Shown here: positions 55,067 through 64,000 of the stretch, piece after piece
How the letters are laid out: each line of letters starts with the position of its first letter
Position numbering within the stretch: the first letter of the stretch is position 1
Assembly (NCBI GenBank): GCA_027604505.1
Contig: JADIIX010000104.1
Coordinates: 1 to 64,000, forward strand
DNA length: 64,000 nt
Origin: Gonapodya sp. JEL0774
Taxonomy: Eukaryota
Direction of reading: 5' to 3'
Program-made: the position numbers and the translations under genes
The notes under the pieces: generated by a model
What the model saw: the letters and a program-made list of their open reading frames with translations, nothing else
The model's database searches: none
What the model was told of the DNA's origin: nothing

Positions 55067-57349
55067 TCAGAACCATCCCACGAGTCTCTTAAACAGTTTT
55101 GATCCGCCCCTCTTCATACCGGATACTTCTTCTGCCGCTCCCCCTCCCCAACCGGGCACACCGTTTAACCCAGGTGTCGTGCCCCGCCCGGGCGATTCCG
55201 ACGCACCACGCGATGTTGGTGGGGTTGTTCGTGGAGATAATGGACCAGTGGTTGGCGTTAATGGCGCCTGCGAGGCTGATTGCGTCTGTGGTGTAGCACC
55301 GTATGTCTGAAGTGCCATTGCCGCCGACAAGCGGGCGTTGAAATCCCGCGTGCCTACGGGGGTCGATGCACGGAATTGCGGATTCGTGGCGAGAGCTAGG
55401 AGCACATCTGCCTGTGTTGCGGTGCTGCCATCGGGCAACGGCGATGTGACTCCATTTGTGCGTGGAAGGGCGTACGGGGACGAAAATGAGAGACGTGGAC
55501 TGGGTAGCGGGGATGGGAATGTGTTTGGTGGTGTAGAGGTGGAGCGAGCACGGTCACGTTTCGAATTGCGACGTGTGGTGTTTCGAATTCCTGGTCCAGG
55601 TGACTTAGATGTGGGTCGCGTAGCCATCGAGGACTCCCCTAGGTTGTCGTCAGCAGTAAACGCAGATTGAGGGGCGGGTGCGCTGCTCCCGATAGGCGTT
55701 TTAGGTCGTCCTTGTCCTGAGCCACTTGCCACTGGTGTGCGAGGACGGGAACTCCCCTTAGCATTAGCATCTGTGCCGGCACTCGGCGACGGCGGTCTCC
55801 CAAACGCATACCCAGCCGGAGAGTTTGGTCTCGATCTAAACGCATCTATAAAAGGCGTCGTGGAGGGGGTCACGGACGAGTGGTGAATGGCAGGGGAAGA
55901 TTTGGAGGACGGGACAGCCGCGGGAACGCTTTGCCGGCGCTTGGGGTCCAGTGAGACGTGGTTTGGGCTATGGTAGTAGACGATGGAGGACGATTGAGGA
56001 GATTGGAAAACGGGGCTGAAGAGGGTGGTCGAGGTTATGTTCAGGTCAGGGGAGGTGAGAGACTGGCCAGAAGCATGCGGGCGCTGCATGGAAGTTATGC
56101 AGTCGGAACATTATTCAGTCAGTGTTCAGTCGGAAGAGTGAAACGGAAGACGATGACGAAAATCAAAAGGGAAGTTTGCCCTGTTTTTTTGGGTGCTGGG
56201 CAGGAAGACCACAGGTATGTCGTCTCCATCCTTCCCTCCAAAGCGTCTCCACAACAATGAATTCGACTCCCTTCGCTTTTCTCACCTTTCCCAAGTCCTC
56301 CACCGCACCCGCCGTTGCTAGAAACTCCTCTCGCTTAGTATCCAACTGCTCCCCGAGCCCAACGAGCACCTCAGCAGCGGTTTCCATCTCGTGGAGCTTG
56401 AGTCGATATCTGAGATACTTGCGGTATTGCTTGGGGTGGATGGTGCGAATGATTTTCATGGGCTCGGGAAAGGTGGATTCCAGGGATTGAGCGACGGGGG
56501 AGTCCAGAGGGGCGGCCTGAAACGCAGAAGGCGTGAATAGAATCCTGAAACAACAAAGTTTGTTGCGTCGATATTAATCCTTTTCGAGCTCCGTGTTGTA
56601 GTGCGATAACTTCTCCAACAAGTCCTTGGCGTCCGGCGGGCTGCTCCTGTTACCGCTCTCAGATCCCTGTTCCTTTCTTGTCTTCAAAATTCGCTTTCAT
56701 TTTGATATTGTCGTCCGTGGCACCGGGTGGCTGGAGTTCCTCCGTCCTTCCCAGCTCCGAAACCGTTCTTCCCAATTTCTCTGAAAACTCCTCCTGGGTC
56801 ACAGTCAAAACCGAAAAACCGCTAAATGGCATATTCTTAAGGCGAAAACTGACCTCAGACTTTTCTGCAACTGAGGCGAACATGGATTCTGCTTCAGCGA
56901 GTCTGTCCGACGCAGATTGCAATTCCCGCGCAGCATCCTCCATGCCCTCGAGTGCGGGTTTCCAGCTTAAGAAAGTGGGCAAATCGTTAAATTCGTTCCA
57001 CTTGATCCAAACGTGCAATAGTGACCTACCGGATGTAAACTTCATAGACCATGGGACTGAACTCTCGTCTTACCAATTCCGCCACATTCAATCTGCTCGT
57101 CTGAGCCTGAGAATCTCCACCCTCTCCGCTACTCTCTCCTTTGTCGGTGCCTTCCTCGTCACCCACTTCAAGCGAACTGGCAATGTGAGCCGCATTGGTC
57201 TCAATGGTATCGATCCTCCTTCGCAGCGTTGAATACACAGCATGGGCTCCCGGATAGGCGGTAGCCACCGCCAGCGGGAACCTCGTATTGCTTACGGTGG
57301 TGGGGTCGATCCCGAGCATGGACCTTTGTTCTATCGTGATTGAGCTCAA
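55067..57349 (-). CDS. Hypothetical coiled-coil protein with Ser/Pro/Thr-rich disordered C-terminus, multi-exon
   Basis: Successive coding-like minus-strand ORFs (57026-57349, 56659-57045, 56163-56459, 55067-56089) are separated by GT..AG stretches. The frame is unclear around 56560-56690. Confidence 0.55.
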
Positions 57350-57791
57350 CCAGAAATTTTGCTAGCCTGCACTGCGGGCCCCAAATTTCTGAGAGCTTTC
57401 AATTTACTTTGCCGCTTTTCTTCTCAGTTCGTTCCGCGTTGCCGCGCCGAATCCGATTTTTCTCCCAGAGGCCGAAGGTGTGGGAGGGGAGCGGCAAGAC
57501 AAAGTGCTAAATGTGCGGTGTGATATTTATTAAGCGGCCACTGCTTGTCTCGAAAGGGAGAAAATATTGTAATCGACGTTAGGCAATCAAGGATTCTACC
57601 ACTCAAGTTGGAGGAGTTAAACATTTTAAGCAGCGGCATTACAACTCCTTCGCAGGTGAGGGCCATCGAGAAGTCCCTTCGGCACCGCAAACGGCAGCAA
57701 GTGGCGGCAAACGGCTGGACCGAAAAAACATGTAGAGGAAGTTCTTGAAATGCCTATATACAAAAATAAGTGTTCTCCGCATGTAACCTTT

Positions 57792-60700
57792 TCAGTCGTC
57801 CTCGCTGGAAGCACCAGCCGACTGCACCAAGCGCACGAACTTCTCTGGCGCACTATGAAGAGGAATAGTTTGAATAAGCGTCACAACAGTCTCCATTTCC
57901 GCCTCCCGTTCCTCTATCAAGCGATTATAGATCCTGACGTAGAATGCTCCGAAAAGAGACACGGTAAGCACAAATAGAGCTATTGATGCAGACGAGGCTA
58001 ACGTGTTTCCTTGGGGCAGATAATCTTTGAGTATCAGATGATCAACCTCGCGTAGCCCAGCAACAATATCATGTTGTATCGCCTCCATGTAGAGTATCCT
58101 AGGGTCCGCAAAGTTATGGGTGGCTTTCAACGCGTTGACCTGACATCACGAACAACTTGACACCTATGTTCGTTTACCGACAAACTCCCTCAGTAGTCGA
58201 GCACTCACCACCAAAAATTCTTCGGCATTTTGAATGTAGTCGGCCAGCTGCTGATCCACAGGAGATAATGCCTCCTCAAGGGAGAATCCATATGATTCGT
58301 TGTATGTTCGAACGGCCGGGTCGCAGTTGTCGATCTTGCACCCCCAGCCTTCCAAGACTTCATGCACGATTGGGATGCTCGTAGTCGGGGGGTGTGGGAC
58401 TTCACCATGGCCGGTGAGAGCGTCTTCGTGCAGAGTTTTCAGTTTCACGATACTGGAATAGCAACAGAACCTCGAAGATCAGGAACATAACTTTTTCTTT
58501 GATCCATTCACCCACTAGTCTTTCATGTGCATTTCTTGCTCTCCAAAAGTCCACGTTGAGTTGTCTTCGTTGTGGAATGCAGGTTTTCGGGCAAATGGAC
58601 AACCGCAAAAGTCTCTCCAAAACCCACCTCCGAGCAGAACCTCGTATCCTAAAGTTCTCGTCATTCGCACCATAAACTTGCGTCCACCGGTATAGTTAAT
58701 GAGCTGACGAGGACAAAAAATCACTGTGTAACATCCATTCGATTTACAGAAGAGACATGACGTCGTCTCGTACATCGACAAAGGTCGCATTTATGGGTAG
58801 TCGAACCACCGCCGGAATGAGAATCGCGCAGCCGCAAGCGCACAGAGCGAGTAGTGAGGCACCGAGTATCAGAGATTCCTTTCCTTGTCGTCCGTCTCTT
58901 CCAGCGTCCTGTGACGGTAAACTCTTCTCGTCAATGTCAACATCATCCTCGGTCAAAAATTCCAATTGCTCGTCAATTGTTAGCAAAATTTCGTCCAGAA
59001 CTTTTGCCGGTATGCTTTGAAGAAACTTGAGATACTTCAATTGTGTCACTCGAACTTCGTGTATAAGCGGGTACCTTGATAAAAATTTAGGCTGATTGTC
59101 ACTAATGCTGCACCAAATCATGCTGCTCACCAAATTGTTGTCGCGTTTAAAGCCCCGAGGACTAACTGAAGGACCAGAATTACCTACGGATACTACTGGT
59201 GAAAAGTGGCAGTTCGCATCGGTGGATACTCGTCGACGTACCCAAAATATCAAAAGTTGATTCGACACAGTTTGGGTAAAAGATTCGCGTCCCGTATCAC
59301 AGACGGCTAGTTGAAAATGAATGACATTCTTCCTGCTCGCACGGAATCGTTGGCATACACATGATTTCGTACCTTTTAGGGTTTCTCCTACGGTGATCAT
59401 GCTGATATTCAATGGAAAGTTGTTAGTCTGTCACTGAACCCGTAACACGTCCATAATCGCCGTACTTATCGACTAGGAAGCGCAGTCTCTTGTCTTGAGT
59501 TGGTGGAGATCTTTGGAAGAATTGCATATCTGATAATCTGTCAAATAATGAGCACGAAGACGGAGAAAATCACCATCTACCTTCGGCGAGCAGGCTTCGA
59601 GCGTATTCATTAACACGACTAGCAACTTGGAACTGGTTCATGTATGCTGTTTCGGGCTGCCAAGTGTGATAGTCGTTGGTTATCTTGCTGTAAAGTTTGA
59701 CTTGAACCTTTTGCGAAGTGTCGGAACTTGAAGAAACTAAATAAGGTAGGCTGATGTTGCCATTCTGATTGTTTTGGTTGGCAAGGTCTTGTTTCCATCT
59801 GTTGTAGTTCGTTGAATCTCCAGTGCTTGCAAAGTAAGTCATGAGACGCGCAGCTTGTATCGTTGCGAGAGCTGTTCGGCCGATTTCTGTGGTTGTCAAG
59901 AATGAATCGACGTCGGCAGACACTAAATCATAAACGTTGCGTGATGATTATGAGAGATCCGGATCGAATCAGGGGTTGGCTCACACGAGTGAAACACTGT
60001 GTTTGTGTACCCAAAAGCAAAGGACGTAAGGACCAGACAGATTACGGATAGCGCTTGTAGACGAGTGCGATAGTTTCGGGGAACATGCACTAGTCTTTTC
60101 ACGAACTCCAGCCGATTTGCCCGTGCACGTCGGGCTTCTCGGCTCTCGCCAGTTGCCTGACTGTCACCATGGGAGCTAGCAGCTTTGCGTGGATGTGGCA
60201 TTCTGCGATCTTGCATGGAAACTTCTTGAGTTTGTTCTTTCCCGTCTGATTCACTGGCTTCAGTTCCATTTTCATTGCCTGACTGACCGTTGATGGTAAT
60301 TGAAAGCAGCGAACCGCTCTCTAATTCACTTTCTGGGTCAGATATCGAGTCGTCCTCAGAGTTGTTGAGGGCTGCATTTTCTAGTTCTGATTTCACAAAA
60401 TTGAGCCATAGAAAATTTTTCCCTGTCGTTGTAACATCACAAACCTTCGGCGACGGAAAGCAGCCGGCGACATTCCTCGGAGTCCGCAAGCACTGTACGA
60501 TTGAAGTCCGCGAAAAGTCTGAGCATATTCTTTGATTTGGGGAACCTGGTTATAAGTCTTTGATAATTGTCTCTAAGGGACAGTTTCATTGGTGAGTAAA
60601 GCCGATTGCGATCGTGTTAAAATTAGGATACCTTGCTCTTGCCGTGGCACTGGCAATTGAATTCAAGTAATCTGGATACTTGAGGTAATCTTTATTTGTA

Positions 60701-63216
60701 GTAGCTCGACGCACGCATGTCCAAAAGGCTTTAAGCTCCGTGAGACTCGCAATGTGCTAATTTAAGCGCGGATTCAAACCTTGTCCATTCGCATATGAAC
60801 TCTCAGAACTCACGTATATCTTTGCATACTTTTCTTGACTGCTTATCTCGATAAATCTAAAACAGAGAAACCATCATACAACCTAGGTGCCATGTTGACC
60901 GAGTTTGGGGGACTCACGAGGAAAAATTAAGGTCGCTCTTCTGAACTTCTTTACTTTTTTGAGACTGCTCCGCAAGCTTTTCGCAAACAAAGCCCATAAA
61001 GCGAACATCAAACGCAACATTAATGTTGAAGATCTTTTCTAAAAGGTCAAAGGCCTTCTCGGCGTTGGTTTCATCTGGTCTGTGCACGGCGGTGGTGTCC
61101 TCTGGGAACGCCAACAAGTACAGTGCTGCTTCAATGAGAACCATGCCATCCTAAGGCCGGAATGAAAGGTAAATAATTGACAGGCTTGCAGTACAGGAGA
61201 CTGCACTTTGAGATCATTCATAGACACACGCACCTTGGGATACTGCAGGAAAGCAGCCTCCATGAGCTCTCGCACGAGAATTCGAGAATCTGGATCTTCA
61301 GAATCTCTCACGAATCGACAGGCGAGCTCAACATCATAGGGTGAATTGAAGATAGGGGGCTGATGGAACAGATATGCAGTCAGTATCAGAACGTTTGGTC
61401 ACACAAGCATGTCAACAAACCTCGTATTTTGACTTCTCAGTCGTTAGCCGAAAGATACTGACATAGAAGGTTGAGAAACTTCGCACATCAACGTTTCCTT
61501 TCGCGTTCGCTCTCAGGACTCACTTTTCCTCCACTCGATCTAGAATACCATCCAGACTTTGGCCATCAAGAGTCACCCGTCTTCCACTATTGTTGTACTT
61601 CATGGTGGCAAAGCTTTTACCTGTGCCTCTCATATCCTTCATCTTCGCTTTGAACCTCGCATAAATTTGGCGTGTGACAATTGTTCGAACTGCCCTGTTC
61701 AAGAAAGCACCCGCAAGGATGGAGGGAACGACAATCGCGGCCAAGAGACATAATGGTACGAGGCTGTCCGTAGCAGCCAGCCCAGAAACATCGCAAGCAA
61801 GAGAGATAAGCGACTTCAAAGAGGTTCAATGAATCAATGCTAGCAGCATCATGTTTAAGTGTGAAGCTACACCTCACCATGACAAAAGCAGCAAAGAAAA
61901 TGCCACTTCGTATTTCCTGAAGTGTCGCGTTATGAAAAGGTTGTTTTTGCACCGTTTCCTTCACGAGAGCGAACAAACAGACAACCAGAATTCCAAGTTT
62001 TGTAGATGTCGAGTCCAAAAACTGCCACACAAAAACCAAGAGCAGCTTGACAACTAGGTACAGCAAATCCGTCCGGCCATGCGCCCGGGAGAGAGTGTTC
62101 TTGGGCGATTTGGGATTACCGTCCACATAAATTAGAGCTGGAGTGGGTTCAAGCATATCAATAGTGTTATGGACCTCAGAAGCATGCAACATACCCATGA
62201 TAAGCGTATAGGGAAGAAAGAGAGCGAGACCGAGAACTAGAGTAGTTCAATCACGTTAGGTGGGTGGGTTGAAAGATTGTCTTGAAAGTATCTCCTCGTA
62301 CCAGAGAATATATATGGGATTATATGAGGCAAACTCGTGTAGCAAGTCACTTCAGGATATAACTCCAGCACACCGTGACGACAATCCACAATGGTAAGAA
62401 ATACTTCGGCGATAGCTTGAAAGGCGGGAACCCCATGTCAGTTTAAATATTCAAGGGCAGGATGCAAATTTGCCGTACTCACGAATGTTTAGAACCCCAA
62501 CAGCCAATAAGGTCCCTGCTCGTAGAAGGGAAAGGGGCCAAACAAACTTGAACTTCCCTCGACTGAAAGATATTCCACAGAATACGATGGTGCCAACTAA
62601 TGTTGCGACGAGAAGCCACGCGACTGAGACGATACCGAGAAAGGCATTGTACGAGGACGGTCGAAGAACCAAAGGATTCCAAATGTAGTGAATCCACGAT
62701 GGCGCGCCTGGAAGGCTTTTGGAGGTGAGCCGCGATACACAGTGGATTTAAATGTGATGCCAGAAGAAAACGTTCCCGCCACGAAACTCGTAAACGCTTC
62801 ACTGACCTGTAACCTGGATGCCAGCAGAAATAAAAGAGCTGCATATCTTCGAAGATGGTCAACGGGTATGCGAAGGACTGTGGTACTTCATTCCCTGTAA
62901 CCATAGAATGGAGGACCTGAAACAGTGTATGTTCGATTCTTGAGCGCCTCACGGCTGCCTTTGGTTTCGATGAAAAGCAGGGTGGTGGTGAAACTGTCAG
63001 GTCTACTCCTCCACCTTGGAGATTGTGAGAACATCACATCCTCACCTCCCTTTCTGCTCTCATGCGATTGCTGCTGCTCTCGGATCTGATAGGAACTTTC
63101 TCTACTGTAGCTCCGGCGGAAGAGAATGCCTGAGTCTCTTCCATGAGTTCGTTGGAGCTTCGAATTGCAGGATCCGGTGTTGGGGAGGAAGATTTGGCTT
63201 TCCCAAGGAGAGTCAT
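57792..63216 (-). CDS. TmcB/TmcC (tiny macrocysts)-like multi-pass membrane protein, many exons
   Basis: RIEHTLFQVLHSM..LTIFEDMQL, FSRGKFKFVWPLSLLR, LSRAHGRTDLLYLVVK, QPFHNATLQEIRSG, DVELACRF..AAFLQYPK (TPR-like), AFDVRF, LINYTGGRKF and a C-terminal VTLIQTIP. This overall layout is recalled from TmcB-family proteins. Confidence 0.7.
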
Positions 63217-64000
63217 CCTTCAAATTTGAATGGGCGGCGATCAAATCAAGAGGGATAATGATCCGGCTCTCGGTGAAGATCAGGTGCTGGGACATTGCAG
63301 CCAGGCATTCCCGCCCTTTCCCGCCAATACCAATACGAAGTTTGTATCCACGAAGCACCCATATGAGCGCTGCCGAACAAGTTTTAGTTGATGGTGACAG
63401 GGCAACAGTGCTACTACTAATGTGATGTGGGCTTGCCGTTCAAACACAAGATTGGGCGAGAATACATAATGGGACGTGAATGCGATGGCCTCATTCCTCA
63501 TCGTAGTGAGAGGAAGAACTTGAGGAAAAACAACCTTGAAATGTTAATTGAGAGCGTTTCAAACTCATTATAAGTAAAACATGGTGAGGGCGCCAGTCCA
63601 CTCCAGGTACAAATAATTATGGAGTTGCACCCCGGCATGAACACAAACGGAGCGACCAAAAACCGGAGTGGCCTCACGGAGTGCCTCCAACGGAGTGTTC
63701 CCTTTAGGGGGTCCAATGTTTGGTACCCCTCTAATTATTCAGTAGTTGGGTTACCTTGACTGTGATTAGCGGATTAACATGTGTTTTGATTTTCACAACT
63801 TGTGCTGCCTTTGATCTGTGATTGCGAGCCTTCGAAAGCGAAGTGGCTTCCATGGGGGGCTGTGACGAGTCCCTCACCAACTTACTCACAACAAAGTCTT
63901 CTGAAGCTCACTACAAGTTCTGCTATGTCTTCTGCCATCGATATTGACCGCATGGACTCCTCCTCGGCGTCGGGAAGGTCAACTCACCGGGACGAGCCTC

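Overview
Intron-rich eukaryotic genomic DNA (short GT-AG introns, about 50% GC, gene-dense). It is most likely from an early-diverging, chytrid-like fungus, inferred from fungal-type genes sitting beside a Tousled-like kinase and a TmcB-like gene. About 25 protein-coding loci can be reconstructed: a MOV10/SDE3-like RNA helicase, a Tousled-like kinase with an unexpected Myb/SANT repeat, omega-amidase, a GNL1-like GTPase, a DUF985 cupin, two MFS transporters, an MBOAT_2 acyltransferase, a secreted CAP protein, a DUF4202 protein, a Ycf1/MRP ABCC transporter, a membrane RING E3, a PcaC/CMD protein, a TmcB-like membrane protein and several F-box genes. The main structural oddity is a trio of BCS1-like AAA-ATPase paralogs that lack a transmembrane anchor. 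Copies 1 and 3, with promoter and 3' flank, form ~1.8 kb inverted repeats bracketing ~16 kb. The three copies are patchwork mosaics of one another, and a repeat-bounded, partly CpG-depleted ~1.4 kb insert lies between copies 1 and 2. No rRNA, tRNA, CRISPR array or intact transposase was recognised. Exon boundaries and family calls were made by eye from motifs, without database searches.
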